A DNA stretch of 64,000 nt from Candidatus Doudnabacteria bacterium. GTDB taxonomy: Bacteria; Patescibacteriota; Doudnabacteria; UBA920. Both the position numbers and the translations under genes were made by a program. Positions 1-9,618 of the stretch are shown one piece after another (positions within the stretch are counted from its first letter, which is position 1; the number at the start of each line of letters is the position of its first letter). The notes below the pieces were generated by a model. The model worked only from the letters and a program-made list of their open reading frames with translations. It was not told where the DNA came from and did no database searches. The stretch is from contig CAWINB010000004.1 in the NCBI GenBank assembly GCA_963837465.1, forward strand, positions 394,853 through 458,852, in the 5' to 3' direction.

Positions 1-274
1 CTTTTATTTTAGCTTCCCTGTTGTTTTCCTGGATATTAATGGCCTCGGCAGCCTTGGCGGTTAAGCATACCGACTTTGCCCCGCAGTATAATTAGAACCT
101 GACTTAAACAGGACTTACGCTTTTGGCATTATTGACCTGGATATTGTCCGACCAGCTTTTAAAAATGCCGCAATATGGACCCCAAAGACGGCAAAAATTC
201 TGGGATTGTTTGCCGGGGGAGGGTATGCTCCTGGCATGACGGCCTTAAGTATTTTTGGATAGGCTCGGGGGAAA

Positions 275-283
275 GTGCTATAA
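275..283 (+). promoter_or_regulatory. extended -10 element (TGcTATAAT) upstream of first ORF
   Basis: The sequence gtgctataat lies about 50 nt upstream of the ATG at 332. Confidence 0.3.
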
Positions 284-331
284 TTAAAATAATTAAAATT
301 AACCCTTTAAAAATAAAAAATTTATAATTTT

Positions 332-1942
332 ATGAAAATCGCTAAAATTACAACTTTTATTTTAAGTATTGTTTTATTTTTAGGATCCGCTTCAGCACTG
401 CCCGCCGCCGCCCTTACCTACTCGGAAATAAGCGGCCAGGGAACAGTTTTGGGAGCCAGCGTTAATGTTTCTTACCCCTATCCTTCCGGCAGTTTGGTCA
501 ATGACAGCGGCACCATTTACTTTATCAGCGGCGCCACCAAGATCCCCTTTACCAACTGGCAGGCCTTTGTGGGTTTGGGATATTCCCCAAGCAATGTGGT
601 TAAGGGCGATGTCTCCGATTATACCCCGGCTCAAAGTTATACCATCAACACAGCCAATGCCGCTCATCCCTGGGGTCAGTGGCTTTCTTACCGCGGCACG
701 GTTTACTATTCAACCCAGGCCGGCATGATAGCTGTTCCTTCCGCCGCCGTATTTTTAAATAACGGCGGTCAGTGGAATTTGCTGGTTAAGGCCAACAAGT
801 ATGATTTAACCGCCCTCGCTGCCAACCCTGGTTTGCCTTTGCTTGCCAGCAATGATCCCCGGATTATCGGCCTTCCGGATTTTGGATTTGGCGGTACTGC
901 CGGAGGGCCTTCCGTACCCGCGGCTCCGGTTAGTCCAGGCCTGCCTGCCGAATCTTCTTCTTTGTCCGTTCCTTCCGCTTCCGCCGCAAGCGGCATTGCC
1001 GGCAGTTTAAACACGGCGACTTTAAGCGTTTCTTCGCCCGCCGGCCAATTTGTGTTGTCCGGAGCCCAAAGCCAAACCGCGGCAGTATTTAATTTTACGG
1101 CTTCCGGCAGTCCGGTTACCATTGAGGAGCTGGATTTTATGGTACAAAACAGCGGCGCTTCCGGAATTACCCCGCCGGTTTCCTGGATTTACGTAGACGG
1201 CAATCCCGCGCCGGTATTGACCGGAGCCACCTCGTCGGTAAGCGGCTTAAATATTGTCGTGCCAAATAATGCCGCCGGAGTAAACGTGCCGGTCACAGCT
1301 TCTTACGCCAATATTAATCCTCCCAACAGCCCGTCCAACCAAATTTTTACCATCAACCTTGTTGGCGTTAAATATGTTACAGCCGGACAAACTATGACCC
1401 TTGCCCAAAGCTTGGTTTCCAATCCCATGGATTTGGTCAGCGTTATTCCCAGCGTTACCTTTAGCGGGCCGACCGGCATAATAACGGACGGACTGGTGCT
1501 GCTGGGCCAGGTTACTGTCAGCGCCACCGGAGGCGGAGGAATGCTTCTTGACCAGCTGCCGATTTCAGTCACCTCCTCGGGTAATGCCATTGCCAGCAGC
1601 GTTCCAAATAACCTAGTAGTTGACGATGACGGTTATGCCGTAAATACTTCCAACAGCGCGGTGACTTTCGCCCCCGGCGGCAACAGCAGCGCGGATATTG
1701 TTTTCAGCAGTGACAATACAATCGAGCCCGGCTTGTATAAAACTTATTCTATTTATTTGCCGGTGGAAGGCGCGGTGGGCGAAAGCGCGGGATCTTCCAC
1801 CATTACTACAACCCTGGGAAGCCCGGCCGGATTTATTTTTAATGACATTGACGGCAACACCAGCGGCTTAAATATTTCCGGCAGCAGCAACGGAGTCAGC
1901 ATTGCCAATTATTCAGCCAATTCGGTTACGGCCCACAATTAG
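332..1942 (+). CDS. secreted or cell-surface protein rich in Ser/Gly/Ala/Pro, function unknown
   Basis: The N-terminus (MKIAKITTFILSIVLFLGSASALPAAA) reads as a signal peptide. Composition is low-complexity with long S/A/G/P tracts and no recognisable catalytic motif. Confidence 0.5.
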   Translation: MKIAKITTFILSIVLFLGSASALPAAALTYSEISGQGTVLGASVNVSYPYPSGSLVNDSGTIYFISGATKIPFTNWQAFVGLGYSPSNVVKGDVSDYTPAQSYTINTANAAHPWGQWLSYRGTVYYSTQAGMIAVPSAAVFLNNGGQWNLLVKANKYDLTALAANPGLPLLASNDPRIIGLPDFGFGGTAGGPSVPAAPVSPGLPAESSSLSVPSASAASGIAGSLNTATLSVSSPAGQFVLSGAQSQTAAVFNFTASGSPVTIEELDFMVQNSGASGITPPVSWIYVDGNPAPVLTGATSSVSGLNIVVPNNAAGVNVPVTASYANINPPNSPSNQIFTINLVGVKYVTAGQTMTLAQSLVSNPMDLVSVIPSVTFSGPTGIITDGLVLLGQVTVSATGGGGMLLDQLPISVTSSGNAIASSVPNNLVVDDDGYAVNTSNSAVTFAPGGNSSADIVFSSDNTIEPGLYKTYSIYLPVEGAVGESAGSSTITTTLGSPAGFIFNDIDGNTSGLNISGSSNGVSIANYSANSVTAHN

Positions 1943-1968
1943 GGCGCCTTTTTTAACCAGGAATTTTT

Positions 1969-2634
1969 ATGAAAATTTTAGTGGCGGAAGATGAAAAGGA
2001 CATAAGAGACTTCCTGAAAAAAAATCTGGAAGCGGAGTGTTTCGCGGTTGACGCGGCGGCGGACGGAGAAACCGCAGTGTCCATGGCCAAACTTAACGAT
2101 TATGACATTATAATTTTGGACAACATCCTGCCCAAAAAACAGGGCGCCGATGTCTGCCGCGAAATCAGGGCCGCGGGCAAAAGCTTGCCCATACTTATGT
2201 TATCCGTAAAAACCGAAGCTTCGGCCAAGGTGGAGTTGCTCAACGCGGGGGCTGATGACTACCTGGGCAAACCTTTTTCCTTTGAGGAGCTGCTGGCCAG
2301 GCTGCACGCTTTGCTGCGCAGACCCAGGCCAATCCAAAATCAGCTCTTGGAAATTGAAGATTTAAAATTGGACTGCCGCAACCATTTGGCCCATCGCGGA
2401 GACAAAGGCATTTACCTTAGCCGCAAGGAGTTTATGCTGCTGGAGTATTTTATGAAAAACCGGGACAACGTTTTGTCGCGCGGCATGATTATGGAGCATG
2501 TCTGGGATATGAACGCCGATCCGTTTTCCAACACCATTGAATCGCACGTGCTGTCCCTGCGTAAAAAAATTGACGTGCCGGGAAGAAGGAAGCTTATCCA
2601 TACCGTTTCCGGCAGGGGTTACAAAATATCTTAA
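1969..2634 (+). CDS. two-component response regulator, OmpR/PhoB family
   Basis: A receiver domain (VAEDE, phospho-acceptor Asp in IIILDNILP, conserved K in LGKPF) is followed by a winged-helix C-terminus ending GRGYKI. Confidence 0.85.
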   Translation: MKILVAEDEKDIRDFLKKNLEAECFAVDAAADGETAVSMAKLNDYDIIILDNILPKKQGADVCREIRAAGKSLPILMLSVKTEASAKVELLNAGADDYLGKPFSFEELLARLHALLRRPRPIQNQLLEIEDLKLDCRNHLAHRGDKGIYLSRKEFMLLEYFMKNRDNVLSRGMIMEHVWDMNADPFSNTIESHVLSLRKKIDVPGRRKLIHTVSGRGYKIS

Positions 2635-2644
2635 AATGGGTTTA

Positions 2645-2676
2645 AGGCTCCGGCATCAAGCCGGAGCCTTTATTTT
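2645..2676 (+). terminator. rho-independent terminator after the response regulator
   Basis: A hairpin (aggctccggc atcaa gccggagcct) is followed by ttattttaa. Confidence 0.55.
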
Positions 2677-2896
2677 AAGTTCAGTAAAATTTTATATTTA
2701 TTTGAACAAGCTTTCAAAGGTTTTTCATGTAACCTTCGCTATTGTTTTAATGGATGGCCTGAAGCTATTTTTAAAAACAGCTTCAGGTAAAAAGTTCGCC
2801 AAGAACCTGTCCTAAAACAAATCGGAGGATTGAAGCCCCCGGGGCCTAAAGTTCTTTGACAACCCGCAACGTCGTTCAGAACAAAAAAAGGAAAAT

Positions 2897-3571
2897 ATGT
2901 TAACGAAAAATCAGACGCTTGTCGCGACCCGCGCCAGCCGCCAAAAAATCGGTTTCCCGGCGGATATTTCGCAGTGGCGCCACAGCCCCGCTGTCTACTC
3001 CGCCGGCAGCCTGTCCATTTGCGGCCATCCGGTCATGGAAAATTGGGAAACTCCCTATATGAAGGTTTTATCCGAAATCGCCTGCCAAAATGGCGGCGCG
3101 GTTTTGGAAGTTGGTTTTGGCATGGGTATAGCCTCCGGTTTTATCCAGGCCGCGGAGATTTTTTCCCATACGGTCATTGAGGCCAACGCAGGAGTGTTTA
3201 TACGGCTGCTGGAGTTTGCCAAAAATGCTTCCAGGCCGGTTAGTCCGACCTTGGGTTTTTGGGAAGAAATTTGTCCGGGTTTGCCTTCCGGCGGTTTTTC
3301 CGGAATTTTGTTTGACACCTATCCGCTATCCGAAGGCGATATCCACCAAAACCATTACGCCTTTTTTAGGGAGGCTTACCGGCTGCTTTGCCGGGGCGGA
3401 GCGCTGACTTACTATTCGGATGAAGCGCGGGATTTTTCCCCCGAACATCTGGAGTTATTGCGGACAGCCGGTTTTACGGATATCGGCGGCATAGTCTGTC
3501 CGGTCCGTCCGCCGCCGGACTGCCAATACTGGCAGCAGGGTAGTTTTTTGGCGCCGATCATCAGGAAATAA
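2897..3571 (+). CDS. guanidinoacetate N-methyltransferase (GAMT/RMT2)-family SAM-dependent methyltransferase
   Basis: Several blocks recalled from vertebrate GAMT are present: HPVMENWETPYM, VLEVGFGMGIAS (class I MT motif I), GILFDTYPLSE, and the C-terminal PPPDCQYW. Confidence 0.7.
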   Translation: MLTKNQTLVATRASRQKIGFPADISQWRHSPAVYSAGSLSICGHPVMENWETPYMKVLSEIACQNGGAVLEVGFGMGIASGFIQAAEIFSHTVIEANAGVFIRLLEFAKNASRPVSPTLGFWEEICPGLPSGGFSGILFDTYPLSEGDIHQNHYAFFREAYRLLCRGGALTYYSDEARDFSPEHLELLRTAGFTDIGGIVCPVRPPPDCQYWQQGSFLAPIIRK

Positions 3572-3592
3572 AAACAGGGAGCTATATATAAA

Positions 3593-3994
3593 ATGACGAA
3601 CATTTACGGACAACACCTTACATTGGACGGTTACGGAGCCAGCCCGGCCGCTCTTTCGGACCTGGCGCTGATTTACGATTTTTTGGACCGTTTACCGTTG
3701 CTGATCAACATGGAAAAAATAGGGCCGCCGCAGCTGGCAGTGTTTAAAAATGCCGGCAACGCGGGCATTACAGGGGCTATCCTGATTGTCACCTCGCATA
3801 TTTCCATCCATACTTATTCGCTTAAAGGCTGCCTGTTCCTTGACGTTTTTTCATGCCGGCGGTTCAGCGCGGAACTGGTTGTAAAAACGGTGACGGAAAC
3901 ATTCGGCATTGAGCGTTCGGAAATTTCAGTCATGGACAGAGGCAGGGAGTTTCCCGCCCGCAACCTTTATGGGCCGGAGATAAAAGCGTTATGA
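3593..3994 (+). CDS. S-adenosylmethionine decarboxylase-fold (class 1b SpeH/SpeD-like) pyruvoyl-dependent decarboxylase proenzyme, substrate uncertain
   Basis: The block GITGAILIVTSHISIHTY and the C-terminal LFLDVFSC match the SpeH self-cleavage and active-site region (ESHISIHTWPE ... DVFTCG). Here the canonical Glu-Ser and WPE residues are replaced by Thr-Ser and YSL. Confidence 0.65.
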   Translation: MTNIYGQHLTLDGYGASPAALSDLALIYDFLDRLPLLINMEKIGPPQLAVFKNAGNAGITGAILIVTSHISIHTYSLKGCLFLDVFSCRRFSAELVVKTVTETFGIERSEISVMDRGREFPARNLYGPEIKAL

Positions 3995-4710
3995 AGCGCC
4001 TGGATTTGATGGTGCGTCCGGCTAAGGAGCGGGACTGGCCGGCAATTTTAGAAATCGAACAGCGCTGGCAGCGGGACAATGTGGAGCCATTGTCGGAAAA
4101 AATTTTTCGGCTGTGGATGCGGACTCATCCGGAAGGTTTTTTGGTCGCGGTGGACGGCAGGGGGGAAGTTTGCGCCCATGCTTACGTTGAATGCGTCAGT
4201 TTCAGCTACGGACAGTTTAAAGCAGGGGAGAGCCGGGAAATTTTTACCCGTCCTTACGGCTCCCCCCGGCATAATCCGGACGGCAATTCCGTGCTGGTGC
4301 TGAACATTGCCGCCGTATCGGGAAGCGGCGGCGGAGTGGCGGCGTTGTCGGGGGTTACGGAGCTGGCTCGCGCCTGGGGCAAACAGAGGGTTTTTTACAT
4401 TCCCCGCATGCCCGGACTTTCCGCTTATCTGCAAGCCTGCCGGTCCTGGACACAGGCGGCGCTGCCGGACAAAAAAAGCATCGCCGCTTACTACGCGGTT
4501 AATTCCATGCGCGCGGTGGGCGCGGCAGTGGACACCGCGATTGCCGCGCGGGTGAAAGATCTGGAATTGCCCCCGGTGGAGAAACCCGACCAGGTACTGG
4601 CCCGTTTTATAGGCAGGGAACTGGGCGGCGAGTTGTGGGAAATTATTGACAGCGGCTACTCCGATCCGCTGAGTCTGGATTTGGCAGCGTTGTGCGTTAA
4701 GACTTTATGA
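3991..4710 (+). CDS. GNAT-family acetyltransferase-like protein
   Basis: The start overlaps the previous gene's stop (ATGA), so the two are translationally coupled. A motif-A-like Gly-rich segment (VSGSGGGVAAL) follows a beta-strand core (FLVAVDGRGEV). Confidence 0.45.
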   Translation: MKRLDLMVRPAKERDWPAILEIEQRWQRDNVEPLSEKIFRLWMRTHPEGFLVAVDGRGEVCAHAYVECVSFSYGQFKAGESREIFTRPYGSPRHNPDGNSVLVLNIAAVSGSGGGVAALSGVTELARAWGKQRVFYIPRMPGLSAYLQACRSWTQAALPDKKSIAAYYAVNSMRAVGAAVDTAIAARVKDLELPPVEKPDQVLARFIGRELGGELWEIIDSGYSDPLSLDLAALCVKTL

Positions 4711-4804
4711 CTTGGGGAACTATGCATTTTGGGGTGCCGGGCCAAGCCCGACACCCCTATTTTAAAACATAGCGTTTAATCACCGATAATGCTAAAATTA
4801 CCCT

Positions 4805-6796
4805 ATGATAAGCCCGTTTTTATTTACTTATATTTCCGGTATTTTTTCGGTAATTTGCTGGGTCTACGCCGGGGCGATAATCCGCAAGCGCCGCCAGAAG
4901 CCCCAGGTCCGTTATTTGGCCATGCTGATTGCCTTTGCCGGTTTGTGGGCTTTCAGTAATTCCTGGGCCGATGTCAGCGGAAGCAATGATCAGATACTTT
5001 TTTGGAGCGGCATGGCCATGTTAACCTACGCGTTTTTTACAGCCGGATTTTTTCATTTTACTTACCATTTTGTCGCGGAGTACCAGAAGCCCGCCAAGTG
5101 GATGCTGTGGTTGGTTTACGGGTTGACCATCATATTTTCGGTTTCAGGTTTTACTTCCTTAAGCTATTACAATCCCGTGGTGCTATATACCGGTCCAACC
5201 CTGGTTTCGGTTGGCTTTATGGCCGTAGCCGGCAACGCTTTTTTCTATCTGGTTTTTTTGGCCGCTTATTTTTTGCTCTGGAAAAATTACAAAAAAATGC
5301 CCCCGCGGCAGCGCTACCAGAGTATCTATATTGTAATCGGCAGCCTTGGGACAGTTATCGGCTGCGTGGTTTTTACCGTAATTTTACCGCTGTTCGGCAA
5401 CGCTAATTTTTACAGCACCGGACCGGTGTTTGACGCTTTTTTGATAGTCGGCATTTCTTACGCTATTTTTAAACATAACTTGCTGGACGTTAAATTTGTC
5501 ATCCAGAAATCCATCATTTACCTTTTTTTGCTGGGAATTATCGTGGTTTTTTATTTGACCCTGCTCTATGCCGCCCCCTACTTTCTGGACAACTCAGGCA
5601 GTCACGCCGTCTACCTGATTGACTCTTTGCTTACGGCCATAGCCGGCATTTTTGGTGTGCCTCCCCTGGAGCGCCGCTTCCGCAAAATCACCGACCGCTG
5701 GTTTTACCGCGACGCTTACGATTACGCCCAGGCTCTGCACGAACTCAGCGAGGTGCTGAAGCAGAATCTGGAACTGGAGCCGCTGAAACGGCGGACCGCG
5801 GAGACGCTTAAAAATTTTTTAAAGAGCGGTTATGTTGATTTGAGGCTGCTTGAGGAACCGGCGGGAACCGGCTTTATCGGTTTTGGCGTGGAGATTAAAT
5901 CATCCGGCAGGCAGATAGCCGAACTGCGGCTCGGTGAAAAACTTTCCGGCGACCCCTATTCCCAAAAGGATTTACAGCTCCTGAAAACTTTCGCCAATCA
6001 GGCCGCTGTAGCTCTGGAAAAAACCAGGCTGTTTGAACAGGTCAGGGCGCACTCGGTAATGCTGGAGGAGCAGGTTAACAGCCGCGCCGTCCAGTTGCGC
6101 GGGGCGCGGGAAGCCCAGAAGCAAATGATGATAGATATTTCCCATTCCCTGCAAACTCCGCTGACTGTAATGAAAGGACGCCTGGATTATCTGAAAAACC
6201 GCATCCCCGGAAATGAAGAGGTAAAAATTTTGGAAAAAACCGTGGACGAGATATCCAAGCGGGTTTATGATTTATTGCGTCTGGCCCGTTTGGAGGCCAG
6301 GGAAGAAATTTTTGATTTCCGGCCCATGAACTTAAGCGGCCTCGCCGGAGAAATGGTGGAATATCTCCAGGTTTTATGCGAAGCGCAAAATATTGCTTTG
6401 CGTTCCGCTATAGAGCCGGAAATTTTTGTACAGGGGGACAGGCAAAGGCTGGAAGAGATGATAAATAATATCGTCAGCAACGCCATTAAGTACACCGGTA
6501 ATGAACGTGTGATTTGGGTTTCGCTTCGCCGTAACGGCATTTCGGCCGAGCTTATTATACAAGACAGCGGCGTGGGTATAAATCCGGAGTCTTTGCCCTA
6601 TGTTTTTGACAGATTTTACAGAGAGCCCAATTCCAGCAACGCCGGCGGCATGGGTGTGGGCCTGGCCATAGCCAAAAAAATTGCCGAACAGCATAAAGGC
6701 AATATAAGCGCGGCAAGCGTTGTAGGCAAAGGTTCAACTTTTACTGTCAGCCTGCCGCCGTTGGTTGATGCGTTAAAAACCGGAATACCGGGTTAA
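4805..6796 (+). CDS. membrane sensor histidine kinase
   Basis: About six N-terminal TM helices are followed by a central GAF-like linker, a HisKA H-box (HSLQTPLTVMKGRLDYL) and HATPase_c N/G boxes (NAIKYT, GVGLAIAKKIAEQHKG). Confidence 0.85.
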   Translation: MISPFLFTYISGIFSVICWVYAGAIIRKRRQKPQVRYLAMLIAFAGLWAFSNSWADVSGSNDQILFWSGMAMLTYAFFTAGFFHFTYHFVAEYQKPAKWMLWLVYGLTIIFSVSGFTSLSYYNPVVLYTGPTLVSVGFMAVAGNAFFYLVFLAAYFLLWKNYKKMPPRQRYQSIYIVIGSLGTVIGCVVFTVILPLFGNANFYSTGPVFDAFLIVGISYAIFKHNLLDVKFVIQKSIIYLFLLGIIVVFYLTLLYAAPYFLDNSGSHAVYLIDSLLTAIAGIFGVPPLERRFRKITDRWFYRDAYDYAQALHELSEVLKQNLELEPLKRRTAETLKNFLKSGYVDLRLLEEPAGTGFIGFGVEIKSSGRQIAELRLGEKLSGDPYSQKDLQLLKTFANQAAVALEKTRLFEQVRAHSVMLEEQVNSRAVQLRGAREAQKQMMIDISHSLQTPLTVMKGRLDYLKNRIPGNEEVKILEKTVDEISKRVYDLLRLARLEAREEIFDFRPMNLSGLAGEMVEYLQVLCEAQNIALRSAIEPEIFVQGDRQRLEEMINNIVSNAIKYTGNERVIWVSLRRNGISAELIIQDSGVGINPESLPYVFDRFYREPNSSNAGGMGVGLAIAKKIAEQHKGNISAASVVGKGSTFTVSLPPLVDALKTGIPG

Positions 6797-6837
6797 GAGT
6801 AATATAAATAGTCATAAAGAAGCCTCTTTTTGACTTT

Positions 6838-7605
6838 ATGTGGTATAATACCAATATGAATTTACAGACTACATTAGTCTACAATTTACCCGCCAGCGAT
6901 TTATTGCTTACCGATAATGAGCGGCCTTATGTTTTGCGGGTTCGTGATTTTCCCGCGGAAGAAAAACCCCGCCAAAAGCTTATGCGTTACGGTCCCGGCG
7001 CTTTAAGCTTAAGCGAACTTTTGGCCGTGGTCTTTGGCGATGGCGGCGAAAAAGAAAAGGTCTTGGCCATGTCGGGACGGCTGTTAAAAGAGTACGGCGA
7101 AAAGGCCATAAGCGACCAGCGCGACGCCAAAATGCTGGCCAGGAAGTTGGATATTCCTTTGGCCAAAGCCTGTCAGTTGGTGGCCTGTTTTGAACTCGGA
7201 CGCAGGTTTTTTGCCAAGCCCAAAGGACGGCCGGAATTTTTACGCACCGCCCGCCAGGTTTTTGATTACGCCCGGGACATGCGCCTTCTGCCCAAAGAGC
7301 ATTTGCGCGGCATTTATTTAAACAACCATTACCGCCTGGTCCATGACGAGGTTATTTCCATCGGCACGCTTGACGCCAGCATCATCCACCCGCGCGAAGT
7401 TTTTAAGCCGGCTTTGGAACATTCCGCGTCCGCCGTTATTTTAGTTCATAATCACCCTTCCGGTGTCGTAGCTCCCAGCAAAAGCGATATTGATATTACC
7501 AGGCAAATGGTGGAAGCCGGCAAGCTGCTCGGAATTTTTTTGCTGGATCATATTATTGTCACCGACCAAAAATTTATAAGCATCCCCGCCGATTATGCCC
7601 ATTAA
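6838..7605 (+). CDS. radC: RadC/JAB (MPN)-domain protein, UPF0758 family
   Basis: The C-terminal JAMM-like motif HNHPSG and ...DHII, with SDIDITRQMVEAGKLLGIFLLDHIIV, is typical of RadC. Confidence 0.8.
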   Translation: MWYNTNMNLQTTLVYNLPASDLLLTDNERPYVLRVRDFPAEEKPRQKLMRYGPGALSLSELLAVVFGDGGEKEKVLAMSGRLLKEYGEKAISDQRDAKMLARKLDIPLAKACQLVACFELGRRFFAKPKGRPEFLRTARQVFDYARDMRLLPKEHLRGIYLNNHYRLVHDEVISIGTLDASIIHPREVFKPALEHSASAVILVHNHPSGVVAPSKSDIDITRQMVEAGKLLGIFLLDHIIVTDQKFISIPADYAH

Positions 7606-7921
7606 TTTTACATTTACAGCCCGAGATTTTATCGCCAGTTCGGGTTTCGCCATGAGTCCGTCATACTTTGTGCTGCGCGACAGGCCGTGGGAAAAATTCG
7701 GCCGGCAGGATATGGACGGCTATTTCAAAGACGGCTATAAAATATTCCAGCGCCGCCTCAGGGAATTTAACAAGCTTAAGCGGCCGCTGACATTAAAGGA
7801 AGAATACGAACTGGAGTTTATGCTTTCTTCGCTCGCGCACGCCAAAAAAGTTTTATACGAAGGTGTAGTGAAAATGCCCGAGTATGAGCCGGCACACAAT
7901 TTAGTTAGCTCAAAAAAATAG
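7595..7921 (+). CDS. hypothetical protein
   Basis: The ORF overlaps the radC stop and has no recognisable motif. Confidence 0.3.
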   Translation: MPINFTFTARDFIASSGFAMSPSYFVLRDRPWEKFGRQDMDGYFKDGYKIFQRRLREFNKLKRPLTLKEEYELEFMLSSLAHAKKVLYEGVVKMPEYEPAHNLVSSKK

Positions 7922-7942
7922 CAAAGTTATATAGCGGTCCGC

Positions 7943-7971
7943 GCCCCATCAAGGCCAGGGGCAGCCGGAAA
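7943..7971. repeat. copy of a roughly 30-bp repeat (gccccatcaaggccagRggcagccggaaa), family 5
   Basis: A near-identical copy lies at 61104-61133; both sit just downstream of plus-strand gene ends. Confidence 0.5.
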
Positions 7972-8008
7972 CTCTGTAACTTTTTAGTATTAAGCCCCTA
8001 AGAAGATC

Positions 8009-8854
8009 ATGACTTACCTTCAGGCTATCATCCTTGGCTTGGTCCAGGGAATTTCTGAATTATTTCCAATATCGAGCCTGGGGCACAGCGTGATTTTGCC
8101 CCGGCTTTTGGGCTGGAGTATCAACCAGAGTGCTCCGTTTTTTTTAAGTTTTTTGGTGGCTACGCATTTGGCCACGGCTGTGGTTTTATTCTGCTTTTTT
8201 TGGCGGGACTGGATGAATATTATAAAAGCCCTGGGCCGTTCTTTAGTCCGGAGGGAAATTAAAGTTGATGATTATTACGCCAAGCTTGGCTGGCTGCTGG
8301 TTTTAGGTACCATCCCGGCCGGAATTTTAGGCTTGCTGTTTCAGGATAAGCTGCAAACTCTGTTTGCTTCGGCTCGGGCCGCGGCCGGGTTTTTAATCCT
8401 AAACGGAGTACTTTTATACGGCGCGGAATTGCTCCGGCGGCGGTCGGACGCCGCGCGACAAGGGCAACCCTCGTATGAGCGTATTGCAAAGTTAACCTGG
8501 CGGCAGGGTTTTTTTATTGGCGTATCCCAAACTATTGCCCTAATTCCGGGCTTTTCCCGCTCAGGTTCCACTATGGCCGGCGGTCTTTTGGCCGGGCTTT
8601 CCCACGAAGACGCGGCGCGCTTCAGTTTTTTACTGGCCACGCCCATTATCGCGGCCGCGGCCGTACTGAAACTGCCGTCCCTAAACGGTTCCCAGTTTGG
8701 CATCACAATTGCCGGAGCGGCCTGCGCCGCCCTGGCCGCCTATTTCTCCGTAACCTTCCTGCTAAAATTTTTCAAAACCAACAAAATCACCCCCCTGGCA
8801 GCCTACTGTTTTTTCGCCGGGATAATTTATTCGGTGATTTTATATTTGAGATAG
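8009..8854 (+). CDS. uppP: undecaprenyl-diphosphatase
   Basis: The N-terminus MTYLQAIILGLVQGISELFPISSLGHSVI carries the BacA/UppP signature, and the protein has multiple TM segments. Confidence 0.85.
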   Translation: MTYLQAIILGLVQGISELFPISSLGHSVILPRLLGWSINQSAPFFLSFLVATHLATAVVLFCFFWRDWMNIIKALGRSLVRREIKVDDYYAKLGWLLVLGTIPAGILGLLFQDKLQTLFASARAAAGFLILNGVLLYGAELLRRRSDAARQGQPSYERIAKLTWRQGFFIGVSQTIALIPGFSRSGSTMAGGLLAGLSHEDAARFSFLLATPIIAAAAVLKLPSLNGSQFGITIAGAACAALAAYFSVTFLLKFFKTNKITPLAAYCFFAGIIYSVILYLR

Positions 8855-8933
8855 TTTTTTATATATAGGAACAGGAAACGGCAGCGGTGGCTAAAAAAGG
8901 TGTATAATATATTGAATTATTAAAAAGATCAAT

Positions 8934-9539
8934 ATGAAAATATTCAATCAAGACCAAAATAAAATGACTCTCAAAGACGGGAATGCTTCGGGATTAATAA
9001 TTGGAGTGGTTCTTATAATTGTCGGAGCTTATGGCGCTTATTATCTTCGTTCTACCGACGGATCCTCCAGCGCTGTGTGGGTTGCCGCGGCTGTCCTGTT
9101 ATTTGGGTTGATTACGATATTTGCCAGCTCTGCCATTATTGTCAATATCGACAAAAGCCAAAATCAGATCGCGTTTCAGAGAAAACGCTTACTGGGAAGC
9201 AAATCGCAAAACTATAATATTCCGGATGCCCTGCGGGTAGAATTGCGTAAGTCCTACCATATGCAATCGGCTAACCGTTCCTCAAACGGCGCAATGTCCA
9301 TGCCCCAGGAAGTCCTTAGTTACCAGTCCGTAATTATTTTTAAAGATGGCGCCGAATTGCCTTTGGATAATGTAAAGAATTCCAGCGGCACATCTATAGG
9401 CTCCGCTGTCTTAATGGGAGGCGCTGGAAAAGAACTGTCTATCGCCAGCCAAGTCGCCACTTTTTTAAATATCCCGTTTCAGGAGGTCGGACCGGGCTCC
9501 GCTCCAACGGTTATGGGTATGGGCGGTATAAATTTGTAA
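8934..9539 (+). CDS. hypothetical membrane protein
   Basis: Two TM helices are present; an extended -10 (ggtgtataat) lies upstream. Confidence 0.35.
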   Translation: MKIFNQDQNKMTLKDGNASGLIIGVVLIIVGAYGAYYLRSTDGSSSAVWVAAAVLLFGLITIFASSAIIVNIDKSQNQIAFQRKRLLGSKSQNYNIPDALRVELRKSYHMQSANRSSNGAMSMPQEVLSYQSVIIFKDGAELPLDNVKNSSGTSIGSAVLMGGAGKELSIASQVATFLNIPFQEVGPGSAPTVMGMGGINL

Positions 9540-9618
9540 ACCAAGAAGCAGGTTGCAGAAAAAACTTTAAAGTATGATAATGGCTCCTGACCCCGTTTTT
9601 TACGCAGTGGGAATTTGT

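Noticed and set aside
2537-2815. A 92-aa ORF overlapping the response regulator 3' end and its terminator.
   Set aside because: It crosses a clear terminator hairpin and intergenic region, and has no coding signal.
5002-5406. A 134-aa plus-strand ORF overlapping the histidine kinase gene.
   Set aside because: It is an alternative frame inside a confidently called membrane kinase gene and has a basic/Arg-rich composition typical of out-of-frame translation.
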